DNA of 43,336 nucleotides from a virus (Duplodnaviria; Heunggongvirae; Uroviricota; Caudoviricetes): IMG/VR virus record IMGVR_UViG_2554235189_000011, positions 1 to 43,336 of that record; one strand, 5' to 3'. Shown piece by piece: positions 27,881 to 37,540 of this stretch (position 1 is its first letter; each line of letters starts with the position of its first letter). The notes under the pieces were generated by a model. It saw only the letters and a program-made list of their open reading frames with translations, ran no database searches and was not told where the DNA came from. The position numbers and the translations under genes were made by a program.

Positions 27881-28567
27881 TTAGAAGTTCAGATTTTTCA
27901 GTGCATTCAGTGCAGAGCCCACATCCTCAGCGTCGCGCAGGGACAGTGCGCCATAGCCCCCGGCCATGAATGCTTTGGCCTGGGTACGGGAGAGTCCGAC
28001 ATCACGCAGGACTCTTTCGATTTTTTTCTGTTCGGGGATTTCCCCGCGGGCCAGTGCGTTCTTGACGTCGCTGATCCGCGCCTCGTCGTTAGACGGGAAC
28101 GTCACCAGGCTGACTTCCCAGAGGTCGATTTCTTTCAGCAGAAAGGCTTCTTTGCTCCGGTCGTATTCCCAGTCTTTCAGGACGTACCCAATAGAAAGGC
28201 CGGTTAACGAACCGGCCTTCATGTGTGCATGTGCGCGTTTTGCGAGGGGATCATCATCAATAAGCAACCGTCCCCTGACGTAAAGCCCGACATCGTCTTC
28301 CTTCATTTCGGTGTAAACACCGATGGGTTCATCCATGCGGTGCTGCCAGAGCAGCGCAGGTAACGCTTTTCTGTCACTCCACGCCCGCAGGGAAGCAGCA
28401 AATGCCCCGGACATCACCACATCATCGTGGCTGTCCTTTACACCAAAGACGGAGCCATACCCTTCAAACTCACCGGAGTCACTGACAGATTTCAGACTCA
28501 GCGGTACATCAAGACGTTGTTTCGTCTGCATTGGCGTTATCCTTCTGCTTACCGGCTTTACTGCCAT
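27881..28567 (-). CDS. prohead protease (HK97 family)
   Basis: 228-aa ORF between portal and capsid; true start may be Met13 at 28531. Confidence 0.8.
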   Translation of the reverse strand: MAVKPVSRRITPMQTKQRLDVPLSLKSVSDSGEFEGYGSVFGVKDSHDDVVMSGAFAASLRAWSDRKALPALLWQHRMDEPIGVYTEMKEDDVGLYVRGRLLIDDDPLAKRAHAHMKAGSLTGLSIGYVLKDWEYDRSKEAFLLKEIDLWEVSLVTFPSNDEARISDVKNALARGEIPEQKKIERVLRDVGLSRTQAKAFMAGGYGALSLRDAEDVGSALNALKNLNF

Positions 28568-29750
28568 CGGAGGGTTTCGTGGTCATGTTCATCGGTGTGA
28601 GATAGACATCACCACCGGGACGCGGATTCATATCTTCCAGGTCGCGGCAGTCATTGGGAGAGTAAATTCCCCAGTTGATCCCGGTGGCGTAGGCTTCAAA
28701 ACGGGACTTCATATCCCCGCGCAGTAACGCCCCGGCGTTAAATTTGGCGTAATAAACGCCCTGCTTACTTTTTCGTACCAGTCCGGTGTTGATCCGCTGT
28801 TCGATGCGGGTCAGATACGGCACCAGTGAATAGTTGATAAATCCCAGCCCCAGCTCTTCGATATTGTTGAAGGTGGCGCGATCGGTGTTCTGCACCATGT
28901 GCAACGGCACCCGGAACAGACGACAGATTTCTTCAAGCTGAAACTTGCGGGTTTCCAGGAACTGGCTGTCCTCGGCGTTCAGCGCCATCGACTTCCAGTC
29001 CAGCCCCATCTCAAGGATCATCGGGCGGTGAGCATTGCCAAGCCCGGTGTGACGCTCCTCAAAATCTTTCTTCAGGCGCTCATAAGCCTGATCTGACAGC
29101 GTCTGCTCTGTACGCAACACACCCGACGTCACCGCGCCATTGCTGAACAGTCTGGCCCCGTGCTCTTCGGTCGCAGCTGCCAGCGATATTGCCTCGCGGG
29201 CATAGGCGATGGGATTCAGCCCCACCAGTCCGTCCAGCGTCAGCGTGCGCACATGCCAGATATCCTCCTGGCTCAGTACATCCGTGGAGCCATCCGGGAA
29301 TGTGACCTGATAGATCGGCTCCCAGCTACTGTTAAGCTTCGGTACCACACAGCCGGGATCGACGGGCAGCAGTTCAGCCACTTCGCCAAATGCTTTCACT
29401 TTGTAGGCGTAAAAGTTTCCCCGCAGGCACAGACAGGTGACCACCAGCTCCCAGAACTCCTGCGGCGTCATATAGCCATTGGGATGCGTGGAGATCAGTT
29501 TATGCAGACGTTCGCCGGTGGCTCTCTGCTTCAGGCTGCCGTTCAGGTGATACAGATTGCAGGGCAACATCCCGACCGACTCTGCCAGCACTCTGACGCA
29601 GGAAAAAACCGCCGTCAGTCGCATGGCCCGCTGACTGCTGATCTGCTTTCCGGTATAGGTGTCGTAGGACAACCCGATGGCATCCGCCAGCTCTGCTGGC
29701 GTGGTCACCGGTGCGTCACTTTTTCGTTGAAATAATCCCGAAAAGAACAC
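28509..29750 (-). CDS. portal protein (HK97 family)
   Basis: 413 aa following terminase large subunit. Confidence 0.85.
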   Translation of the reverse strand: MFFSGLFQRKSDAPVTTPAELADAIGLSYDTYTGKQISSQRAMRLTAVFSCVRVLAESVGMLPCNLYHLNGSLKQRATGERLHKLISTHPNGYMTPQEFWELVVTCLCLRGNFYAYKVKAFGEVAELLPVDPGCVVPKLNSSWEPIYQVTFPDGSTDVLSQEDIWHVRTLTLDGLVGLNPIAYAREAISLAAATEEHGARLFSNGAVTSGVLRTEQTLSDQAYERLKKDFEERHTGLGNAHRPMILEMGLDWKSMALNAEDSQFLETRKFQLEEICRLFRVPLHMVQNTDRATFNNIEELGLGFINYSLVPYLTRIEQRINTGLVRKSKQGVYYAKFNAGALLRGDMKSRFEAYATGINWGIYSPNDCRDLEDMNPRPGGDVYLTPMNMTTKPSDGSKAGKQKDNANADETTS

Positions 29751-29932
29751 TATTTACCTCCACCAACAGACAGCTGTGTACGGTCGAGATATCGCGCTAC
29801 CAGCCACGACCAGAACAGGCACAACGCCCCGGCAACAACAAACCCCGCCGGGGGATAAATCAGCCAGGCACCATACGCCAGCAAAAGCGCCCCCAGCACG
29901 CCCACCAGAGGCGCGAGAATCAGCATGATCAT
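29750..29932 (-). CDS. small membrane protein
   Basis: 60 aa, two hydrophobic helices, between terL and portal. Confidence 0.5.
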   Translation of the reverse strand: MIMLILAPLVGVLGALLLAYGAWLIYPPAGFVVAGALCLFWSWLVARYLDRTQLSVGGGK

Positions 29933-29943
29933 AATTACCTCAG

Positions 29944-31677
29944 TTAAAGCGAGCGGATCCCATAGGACTCAATGTGGTCAGACAGCGTGTCTTCTTTCTC
30001 GTACAGCATGGCTCTGCCAACCGCCATAATCAGCGCAACTGCACCGTCAATTTTGTTTTCCGCCTGCTCTTTGACGGGTTTCACCACATCATCGTTACCC
30101 GGAATGGTTTTGCCGACCACATTGCCGATACACCAGGTCATGATGGGATTGCCATCATGATGAAAGCGCCCCGATTCAATTGCCGCTTCCAGCTCTTTCA
30201 TCGGGTCGGACATGTTGGTGTAGTTCTGAATGATAGTGACGGGATTCAGGTCTTCATCAGCAAGGTCATGTGACAACCCGGTCGCCCCGAAGGGGTCGAT
30301 GGGTGACTCACTGACCGGGCTGATTTTGTTCGCCGCTTTGGCCTCCTCGAGGATGTAGCGATAATCCACCTCCGCACCATCGGTAACGGTCAGAACGCCC
30401 ATTTCCACCCATTTCTGAAAGCGTTCGGCTGTCCGGCGATCTTCATTTTTCTCGACGCTGTACACCGTGTCATACGGTACCCAGAAGCGCGGAGCCACAC
30501 TGTAGTAATGCGTTTTACCGTCAATCTCGCGGGTATAAAGTCGCGCCATGCTGTTCATATCCAGCTTACGCGCCAGGTCAAAGGCCAGAATGCACGGTTG
30601 CCCCTCAAACTGCTCAAGGGTCAGTGATTTATCCTCGCAGCTCTGCCAGCTCACCAGGTTGAAATACGCCGAACGCGCCGACACCCAGATATTGAGGTGT
30701 TTTGTTTTAAAGACGTTTGCCAGACGGGCGTTATTTTTCGCACGCTGCTGCTGACTTAACAAAAATTCGCGATAAACCGACACGCCAATATTCGGGTTAG
30801 CTTTTTCCAGCACCTGCGGGTCGGTCCAGTCATCGCCTTCGTCAACGGTATAGATGATCCCGAACAGTTCATCGTTGGGTACCGAACCGTTGAGCATCTC
30901 GATAACTTCCCGCCGCTTGTCGTAGCACGGCCCCTCAATGTTGTACCCGGCGGTGGTGATGGCCCACATCAGTGGCTGACGTCGCGCGCCCATCCCGGTA
31001 AGCATCGTGGTATAAAGCGCATCGGTGGCGTGCTCGTGATATTCATCCACCACGGCACAGTGGGGTGATGAACCATCACCGGGGTTACCGATCAGCGGTT
31101 CAAACCGCGCGCCATCCTCCGGACGGTTCATGTTTGAGGCGTTAACCTCAATCCCGAACGCTTCCGTCAGCATGGGTGTGCGTTTACACATCAGTCGCGC
31201 CGGGCGAAAGACTTCCCACGCCTGTTTCTCTGTCGTGGCACCGGAATACACTTCCGCGCCAAACTCGTTATCACAGGCAAAACAATACAGGGCAACACCG
31301 GCAGAGATTGCCGATTTGCCGTTCTTACGGGGGATTTCGGTATACACCTCCCTGAAGCGGCGCAGCCGGGAGCCTTTATTGACCCAGCCAAACGCACAGC
31401 AGATCACAAAGAGCTGCCACGGCTCCAGCGTGATGGGCATCCTCTTGAATGCCCACTCACCCTTGGTGTGCGGCAACAGCTGAATAAATTTGGCGGCCCG
31501 TTCAGCCAGGTCCTTGTCGAAGCGGTAACGAAACGACTTACTTTTTTCCGCCATCAGGTCATCAAGATGGCGCTGGCAGGCCTGAATCACAAACTGGCAG
31601 GCCACAATCTTTCCGCGAACGACATCCCGGGCATACTGATTGGCAGCATTTACGTTGGGGTAAGATTTCCGGCTCAT
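29944..31677 (-). CDS. terminase large subunit
   Basis: 577 aa ATPase/nuclease-sized ORF upstream of portal. Confidence 0.9.
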   Translation of the reverse strand: MSRKSYPNVNAANQYARDVVRGKIVACQFVIQACQRHLDDLMAEKSKSFRYRFDKDLAERAAKFIQLLPHTKGEWAFKRMPITLEPWQLFVICCAFGWVNKGSRLRRFREVYTEIPRKNGKSAISAGVALYCFACDNEFGAEVYSGATTEKQAWEVFRPARLMCKRTPMLTEAFGIEVNASNMNRPEDGARFEPLIGNPGDGSSPHCAVVDEYHEHATDALYTTMLTGMGARRQPLMWAITTAGYNIEGPCYDKRREVIEMLNGSVPNDELFGIIYTVDEGDDWTDPQVLEKANPNIGVSVYREFLLSQQQRAKNNARLANVFKTKHLNIWVSARSAYFNLVSWQSCEDKSLTLEQFEGQPCILAFDLARKLDMNSMARLYTREIDGKTHYYSVAPRFWVPYDTVYSVEKNEDRRTAERFQKWVEMGVLTVTDGAEVDYRYILEEAKAANKISPVSESPIDPFGATGLSHDLADEDLNPVTIIQNYTNMSDPMKELEAAIESGRFHHDGNPIMTWCIGNVVGKTIPGNDDVVKPVKEQAENKIDGAVALIMAVGRAMLYEKEDTLSDHIESYGIRSL

Positions 31678-32177
31678 GATTCGATGATTTTCAGAAGCGG
31701 GTTAGTGGCTTTCTTCTGCCCCGCCAGGCCAATCAGACGCTGGCGGCTGCTGGGGTCGAGTCCGAGCATTGCCCCCGTGCTGCTCATCTCGGACTCCTGT
31801 TCTTTCTTGGCGGTCAGCTCCGGATTTTTGACCATGCCACCCATTGCACCGGTGATGGTGTTGCCCTGTCTGGCAATATTTTTCACGGCACGTCGCCAGA
31901 ACTCATAGGCCACGCACCACCGCTCAAGTACCGCCAGGTCAGTCACGCACAGCAGGCCCTGACCGCAGAGTTCTTTGGTTGTCAGTTGCCACATGATCGT
32001 GGCGAGAGGGAGATCTTCTTCAGCGAACCACTCCGGTGGCTCAACACCTTTGATGGGCGTAAAAACAGGTTCATCTTTATTCAGGGCTCGCTTGCCGGGG
32101 TTTCCGGCCAGCGCCTTGCGCGCCGTTGGCTTGGGGCGACGCCCGGAACGCCCCGCCGTTCCAGCCATATGCGGCAC
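31674..32177 (-). CDS. terminase small subunit (P27-type)
   Basis: 167 aa immediately upstream of terL. Confidence 0.8.
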   Translation of the reverse strand: MPHMAGTAGRSGRRPKPTARKALAGNPGKRALNKDEPVFTPIKGVEPPEWFAEEDLPLATIMWQLTTKELCGQGLLCVTDLAVLERWCVAYEFWRRAVKNIARQGNTITGAMGGMVKNPELTAKKEQESEMSSTGAMLGLDPSSRQRLIGLAGQKKATNPLLKIIES

Positions 32178-32218
32178 TCCTGGTTAAATTTCATTTTTCG
32201 CGGGTATAAAAAAACGAT

Positions 32219-32267
32219 GGGGCGGGCAGTCCGGAAGACGTCAGGTCACAGGGATTTGACCCGCCCC
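32219..32267. other. candidate cos site region
   Basis: GGGGCGGGCAG...TTGACCCGCCCC inverted GC-rich arms in the HNH-terS intergenic region; 5' arm resembles lambda cosN. Confidence 0.4.
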
Positions 32268-32293
32268 TCCCCTCAGACAGTTGAGAATTATTA

Positions 32294-32642
32294 TCAATTT
32301 AACCGTTCACGGGCCGTCTTCGCCTTATGACACGGCCAGCACAGACTCTGCAGATTACTGTCAGCATCAGTGCCGCCATGCGCTTTAGGGATGATGTGGT
32401 CAACAGTTTTCGCCTCACGCACCACACCAGCACGCAGACATAACTGACACAGGCCTTTGTCACGCTTCAGGACACGCGCGCATACTGTCCCACTTCGAAC
32501 CGTAGCCGCGCTGATGACGGGACTGGCCTGGCTTGTATTGCTTCCAGCCTTCGCTTTTGTGGCTTTCGCAATAGCCTGACGAGTCAGTGGTGGTATGGGG
32601 GCAGCCGCGAACGCGGCAGGCTTTTGGGATTCGTGGTGGCAT
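32294..32642 (-). pseudogene. HNH endonuclease, frameshifted
   Basis: N-terminal frame MPPRIPKACRVRGCPHTTTDSSGYCESHK... stops after ...SMRACPEA; C-terminal HNH core ...LCQLCLRAGVVREAKTVDHIIPKAHGGTDADSNLQSLCWPCHKAK continues in another frame; break at the CGCGCG repeat 32475-32480. Confidence 0.75.
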
Positions 32643-32792
32643 TGCATAATCCTCTTGGATGGTTCGCGTGCGATACGTGGCATCCTTCTCAGAATCGAAT
32701 CGCACTCCACTCCGGTTTTGCCATAAACGATCTTTTATGCTTCGCTGGATGTAGTTGATAGTTGTTGAAACTCAATGAACAGGAGTTCACAA

Positions 32793-33128
32793 ATGAATAG
32801 TTATGAATGGGAATGGCTTTTAAACAAAGATGACACCCTATGCTTTTTCCCCGTAGGCCATTCTGTAGAAGGTAATTACAAAATTCACTTTGAGTTGAGC
32901 GGTAGTTGTAACCTTAGAGTCTCAGATGCTGAATGGCATGGTAAACCTGTACTGCTGTTCGAATACTTCGATGAAGATGATGACCGCCCTGCAATAATCG
33001 AAATATTAGAAACAACCACTACAACTGTGGAGGCGATGATCGCACATCTGAATAGTATCGATAGTATTTACCATGAACCGATTTACAAAGCGGTTTACGA
33101 GTGGGCCGTAAAGTTTTTCTATCGATGA
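32793..33128 (+). CDS. hypothetical protein (low-GC island, opposite strand to late genes)
   Basis: Start MNSYEWEWLL... with CAGGAG RBS; acidic. Confidence 0.55.
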   Translation: MNSYEWEWLLNKDDTLCFFPVGHSVEGNYKIHFELSGSCNLRVSDAEWHGKPVLLFEYFDEDDDRPAIIEILETTTTTVEAMIAHLNSIDSIYHEPIYKAVYEWAVKFFYR

Positions 33129-33171
33129 TACTTCGTTATCTTGCTGGCATTCACAATACCTTTACATACTA

Positions 33172-33801
33172 ATGACATGCCAGCACAATACTGTCACTTA
33201 CAACCGTTCGGATTACCTAGAGAAAAGTATGATTCAGGATTTACTGATCGAAGCAATTAGTCACGATAGGATGCATAAAAAGTTAAATGAACTGAATTGC
33301 TACTTCTACAATCGCAAACATGAAACTCAAATACGTGATGAGTTAGTTGTTATTCTCAATCAAATCAGCACACTAACTGCTTTAAGTGAGCATCCAAAAC
33401 TCGGTATCGGCGCTGTTGACATATCACTTTATAACCAGTCGATATTAACGTCTGAACATAATGGCAATGTTGCAACCATCGAGATCAAACACCATTATCC
33501 AAAGGATTTACTTTATCGGCAAGTTCAAGAAGACATCATTTCCGATATTTCAAGAGTAATAGTTTCACCAACTACACATTTTATCCATATAATCCAGCAA
33601 AGAACTAGGATTAATACTCCTTCTTTTGGCCAAGTGAAATTCCTTGAACGTGATGCAAGTGATATCAGCACTTATGTGCAATGCCTTGAAGAGCTAAGTT
33701 CCTTCCCCAGTATCTTTCATAAAAAAGTATATGTATTGAGGTACTTGGTGAAATTATGTCGACATATACCTTTAACGTATATTCATTTGACAACTGATTA
33801 A
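33172..33801 (+). CDS. hypothetical protein (low-GC island)
   Basis: 209-aa ORF; start uncertain (possible internal Met at 33229). Confidence 0.55.
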   Translation: MTCQHNTVTYNRSDYLEKSMIQDLLIEAISHDRMHKKLNELNCYFYNRKHETQIRDELVVILNQISTLTALSEHPKLGIGAVDISLYNQSILTSEHNGNVATIEIKHHYPKDLLYRQVQEDIISDISRVIVSPTTHFIHIIQQRTRINTPSFGQVKFLERDASDISTYVQCLEELSSFPSIFHKKVYVLRYLVKLCRHIPLTYIHLTTD

Positions 33802-33818
33802 TTTGACAATTTTATTGC

Positions 33819-34076
33819 TTAATGGTTAGTTCTCTCTGCATCTATTTTACGAATATCAGCTTTATCCCGATTGCAGTTAGCCAGTGCAGACAACAGACTC
33901 ACATTCAGCTCCAGGCTGGCACCATAAGTCAGAGGATTTGGTATGAACGGTACAGGTGTTTCAGAAGTCAGACTAGTCGGTAATGTTGTAGCCGGAGTGC
34001 TCACGTAAACTGTCCGCGTACTTCCGCAACCGCTCAGCAGCGGCAGCAGGCACAAGGCGTGCAGCACAACCATCAT
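33819..34076 (-). CDS. Rz1-like outer-membrane lipoprotein (o-spanin)
   Basis: Lipobox LLSGC after MMVVLHALCLLP signal; Pro-rich; overlaps Rz 3' end in another frame. Confidence 0.7.
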   Translation of the reverse strand: MMVVLHALCLLPLLSGCGSTRTVYVSTPATTLPTSLTSETPVPFIPNPLTYGASLELNVSLLSALANCNRDKADIRKIDAERTNH

Positions 34077-34353
34077 CCGCAACAGCCACTTTGATATCTT
34101 TCTGGGTTCTCTGTGACTCCAGTGCGATCTGCTGTTTTGCATGCTGGTTAATCTCTATAACTGTATTGACGATTTGCAGTGATTGCAGGACGTTACGGGT
34201 AATGGCTGTTGCAGATTCAGCATTTTGTACAGCCTCATCAGCACGTTTCTTTTCGTGCTGATATTTGCTGTAGTAGTGGTTGGCAGACCAGATGAAAGAA
34301 CCGATGACAGTAAAGAAGAATGCAGCGATAACCAGCTTATAGCTCAACTTCAT
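33973..34353 (-). CDS. Rz-like inner-membrane spanin
   Basis: 126 aa; N-terminal TM then coiled coil; directly downstream of endolysin. Confidence 0.75.
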   Translation of the reverse strand: MKLSYKLVIAAFFFTVIGSFIWSANHYYSKYQHEKKRADEAVQNAESATAITRNVLQSLQIVNTVIEINQHAKQQIALESQRTQKDIKVAVADDGCAARLVPAAAAERLRKYADSLREHSGYNITD

Positions 34354-34813
34354 TTACCACCCCACCAGCCTCTTTAAATCGGGCAATCAGGTCACCGATT
34401 TTATGTTCATACTGACCGTAACCAGCGCCCGGCAGTGAAGCCCAGATATTGCTGCAACGATCGATAGCCTGACGAATATCGCCGCGATCAATCATCGGTA
34501 AAGCGCCACGCTCTTTAATCTGCTGCAATGCCACAGCATCCTGGCTTTTTGGAGAGAAGTCTTTCAGCCCAAGCTGCTTGCGGTAAGCATCCCACCAGCG
34601 TGAAAGAAGTTGATAACGGCCTGCAGCTGTTGATTTGAGTTTCGGGTTTAGCGTGACAAGTTTGCGAGGGTGATCGGAGTAATCAGTGAAGAGTTCTCCA
34701 CCGACAATAACGTCATAACCATGATTACGTGTCGGTTGTAGCCCATTATCCGTTCCTTCTGACCAGGCCACCATATCGAGGAAAGCTTTACGCTGAGGAT
34801 TAAGATTTTGCAT
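34337..34813 (-). CDS. R: endolysin, lambda R-type lytic transglycosylase
   Basis: 158 aa, near-identical to recalled lambda R. Confidence 0.9.
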   Translation of the reverse strand: MQNLNPQRKAFLDMVAWSEGTDNGLQPTRNHGYDVIVGGELFTDYSDHPRKLVTLNPKLKSTAAGRYQLLSRWWDAYRKQLGLKDFSPKSQDAVALQQIKERGALPMIDRGDIRQAIDRCSNIWASLPGAGYGQYEHKIGDLIARFKEAGGVVNEVEL

Positions 34814-35204
34814 TTTTCACCCCTGTCAGCCGTTCCCAGAAGTACGTCAGTGCAACCGAACCCATCGCACCACTAATCCCCGCAGTTGCGAGAATCATGT
34901 AAATACTGAATCCACTTTCGATACTGATTAGGCCACCAATAACACCGGTGAATCCTGATACAACTATCTGAGCGAGGGCATTTATCCAGCTCCACGTTGC
35001 TTTACTCTGCTTCACATCAATCAGGTAACGGACAAGCCCCCCCCAACCTGCGATGATCAGCAAAACAAGCCAGAACGCTCCAGCAAGATTCTCTTTTTCG
35101 TGCATATGAATAGCCGCAGTTTCGCCTCCGACAGAAAATCGGAGCGTGAAATGATATGTTGATTTATTATTAATTCGAAAATTACATTCTAATTCATCAG
35201 GCAT
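34800..35204 (-). CDS. holin (three predicted TM segments)
   Basis: Hydrophobic ORF immediately upstream of and overlapping endolysin; start uncertain (possibly Met34 at 35105). Confidence 0.7.
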   Translation of the reverse strand: MPDELECNFRINNKSTYHFTLRFSVGGETAAIHMHEKENLAGAFWLVLLIIAGWGGLVRYLIDVKQSKATWSWINALAQIVVSGFTGVIGGLISIESGFSIYMILATAGISGAMGSVALTYFWERLTGVKNAKS

Positions 35205-35223
35205 TGATGATTTTATAATAATA

Positions 35224-35246
35224 AAGGCCGTTCGTTACGGCCTTTA
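35224..35246 (-). terminator. terminator-like hairpin downstream of 35257-35592
   Basis: AAAGGCCG-TAACGAA-CGGCCTTT hairpin followed by AT-rich tract. Confidence 0.5.
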
Positions 35247-35256
35247 TTATTGATAT

Positions 35257-35592
35257 TTATTTTACATCCCAAGGTAGTTCCTCAAGAGAGAAGACTAATT
35301 CATTATCAATAATTTCGTATTCTGCATAACCTTCAACCTCTCCTGAGAAGTTATTGTCAACGCATCCTTCATAATAGCTATATGGTGCTATAAAGTGAAA
35401 CCCATATTCATCTATCTCTGTGATTTCAAAATTGTAGTAATCGTAAGAATATCGAATATCATCATCAGAAATAGAACTAAGTACATAGTTATTAAATTTA
35501 TCGGAATGCTTAACGATAAGCTCTGACAACGCGTCAAGATTCTCTGGAGAGATATTTCCTAACGGTAATCTGTACTCAACGGCATTAATCAT
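35257..35592 (-). CDS. small highly acidic protein in the late leader region
   Basis: 111 aa, about 24 Asp/Glu; strong AAGGAGG RBS; low GC; immediately downstream of tR'. Confidence 0.65.
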   Translation of the reverse strand: MINAVEYRLPLGNISPENLDALSELIVKHSDKFNNYVLSSISDDDIRYSYDYYNFEITEIDEYGFHFIAPYSYYEGCVDNNFSGEVEGYAEYEIIDNELVFSLEELPWDVK

Positions 35593-35643
35593 ACAACCTC
35601 CTTTTTAACTGATATGAGGTTATATAATGTGTTTCAGTACAAG

Positions 35644-35672
35644 TAAATAAAAACCCGCTCAACAGCGGGTTC
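35644..35672 (-). terminator. tR'-like terminator of the late leader
   Basis: Minus strand AACCCGCTGTTGAGCGGGTT hairpin followed by TTTTATTT. Confidence 0.65.
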
Positions 35673-35717
35673 GTGAAAATTATCAACGGCAGACATACAA
35701 AGCCCATCGTTGAGAAA

Positions 35718-35746
35718 ATCTTATCCATATTTTTTGAAAAATGCAA
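35718..35746 (-). promoter_or_regulatory. pR'-like late promoter candidate
   Basis: Minus strand TTGCAT-17 nt-TAAGAT just downstream of Q. Confidence 0.5.
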
Positions 35747-35777
35747 GCTTCATGTCGCCATCTTCGGCGAAAATCAC

Positions 35778-36530
35778 TTATCTCGTCACCTTTCTCAATT
35801 GTGTTTCAGCATATGCTTCTTCCTGCCAGCACTTTGTTACTAGTTTATCAATTACGTCTGCATATCCTTTGTACCACTGATAATCAGTCAGGTCTGGAAC
35901 CAGCTTCTGGACATGACGTCGTGCCAGTGTAGTTGGTAAACGGCTAAACCGGTTTCCATTGCAACGCCCACAAATCTTATAAACAGGCGTGCCATGAAGC
36001 CGGGTCCTTTTTTCATCCAGGACAATACCTTTACCCTTACACCCTCTGCACGCTGTGCTGACTTCTCCCTTACCATGACAATGCTGACATAGTTCCTTCA
36101 CCCACTCTTCCTTGATAACAGATTCCCCGCTTCTGGAGTGTTTCACCACCTCGCGCAATACATTATGAAATCCAGTACCAGCACAATGCTCACAGCGAGC
36201 CTTACTTGCCGCAGACCTGGAATAATCAGCAAAGGCAAAATTCACAAGGTAAGGAATGATCTGTAGCCGGGTTTCTTCACTCAATTTATTCAATGTCGGG
36301 TTATCCAGTGCCATCGCGTAATTGAGCAGACCTTCAATCGCAAACTGAGGATCCTGAACACCAACTTTTGCCAGGAATAAGGCAAACCCAAGCGGTGCTT
36401 TCGACTGCACCATCCCCTGCGCAGCCATCACATCCGTAATCGTTAAACCACCTGAGCCTGTCGCCGGTGCGTCATCGCTCAATTTTGGAGATTTTGGGGA
36501 GTAATATTTTGGTAAGGCTTCAAGGTTCAT
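35778..36530 (-). CDS. Q: late antiterminator Q (zinc-finger type)
   Basis: Start MNLEALPKYY...; multiple CxxC motifs; upstream of pR'/tR' and lysis genes. Confidence 0.8.
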   Translation of the reverse strand: MNLEALPKYYSPKSPKLSDDAPATGSGGLTITDVMAAQGMVQSKAPLGFALFLAKVGVQDPQFAIEGLLNYAMALDNPTLNKLSEETRLQIIPYLVNFAFADYSRSAASKARCEHCAGTGFHNVLREVVKHSRSGESVIKEEWVKELCQHCHGKGEVSTACRGCKGKGIVLDEKRTRLHGTPVYKICGRCNGNRFSRLPTTLARRHVQKLVPDLTDYQWYKGYADVIDKLVTKCWQEEAYAETQLRKVTR

Positions 36531-36543
36531 GCTCGTTCTCCAC

Positions 36544-37539
36544 TTACGCCAGTACGCCAATTGCCAGCGCACGATCGATAAAACGAAATATCAGCTCCAG
36601 TTGGGAGCCATACTTCTCTTCAAATGCCACGGTATCCGCATGCAGTTCGTCGTGATGCTTTCTGCACAAAGGCAACACAAAGAGGTCATGCGCTTTTGTA
36701 CCCATTCCCCCCTGACCGTGGCCTATCAGGTGGTGGGGATCATCAGCAGGCTTTCCACAACATGCACACGGCTGTGTCTTAACCCAGCGCGTGTACTTTT
36801 CATTAACCCAGCGGCGACGTTTGGGGCGTAACATAAAAGACTCCGGCGACTCCGGCTCCACTTTCAGCGCCAGCACCTTTTTCGCCTTATCCTGGATGAT
36901 GCTGGTGGCAGGAACCGAAGGCACAAGGTCACTTTCCCGGGTGACAGACGGCGCAACAGGCTTCGGTAATCTCAGTGCCTTACGGGCTGCACTTTCCGGT
37001 AAAGCATCCGCCAGGTCATTACGAATCAGCCACCAGCACAGTTCCGGCATTGTCACAACGTGACTGTCATCAAAACCGAGATCCCGACGCACAACAGACA
37101 ACACCCAGCGGGCACAGTTATCCGTTGCCATTGATTCCAGCCGTTCCGTGAACTGATCGCGCAGCTGGTTATCGCAGTGCCAGCACAGACGGATTGCGCC
37201 CGGAGCGTGTCGCATTGTGGTCATGTTCTCGCTGTGCCAGTCGGAATGAGGCCACTGGCAGCCTTTTTCACGAAGTAACCAGCTTTCAAGACATTCCACT
37301 CCACCAGCACGACGAATCACTGCCTCATTGCGGAACACGGCCCGAACGGCAGGATCATCCGCCAGCGGTTGTGATGCCGCCGGAACGGCACCACTGGCGA
37401 AAGATGAATAACGTTCCGGCTCAGGCTCCAGCAGGACACGCCCCTGCATAAACAAGGGCATCAGCTCTGAACCTGGTCTGAACAATACGATCCCCATACG
37501 CGGGGCAATTTCAGGGGTCAGTAGTGCTCTCACGGTCAC
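36544..37539 (-). CDS. DUF968-like protein with C-terminal HNH-like motif
   Basis: 331 aa; C-terminal CACCGKPADDPHHLIGHG...CRKHHDELH. Confidence 0.65.
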   Translation of the reverse strand: MTVRALLTPEIAPRMGIVLFRPGSELMPLFMQGRVLLEPEPERYSSFASGAVPAASQPLADDPAVRAVFRNEAVIRRAGGVECLESWLLREKGCQWPHSDWHSENMTTMRHAPGAIRLCWHCDNQLRDQFTERLESMATDNCARWVLSVVRRDLGFDDSHVVTMPELCWWLIRNDLADALPESAARKALRLPKPVAPSVTRESDLVPSVPATSIIQDKAKKVLALKVEPESPESFMLRPKRRRWVNEKYTRWVKTQPCACCGKPADDPHHLIGHGQGGMGTKAHDLFVLPLCRKHHDELHADTVAFEEKYGSQLELIFRFIDRALAIGVLA

Positions 37540-37540
37540 C

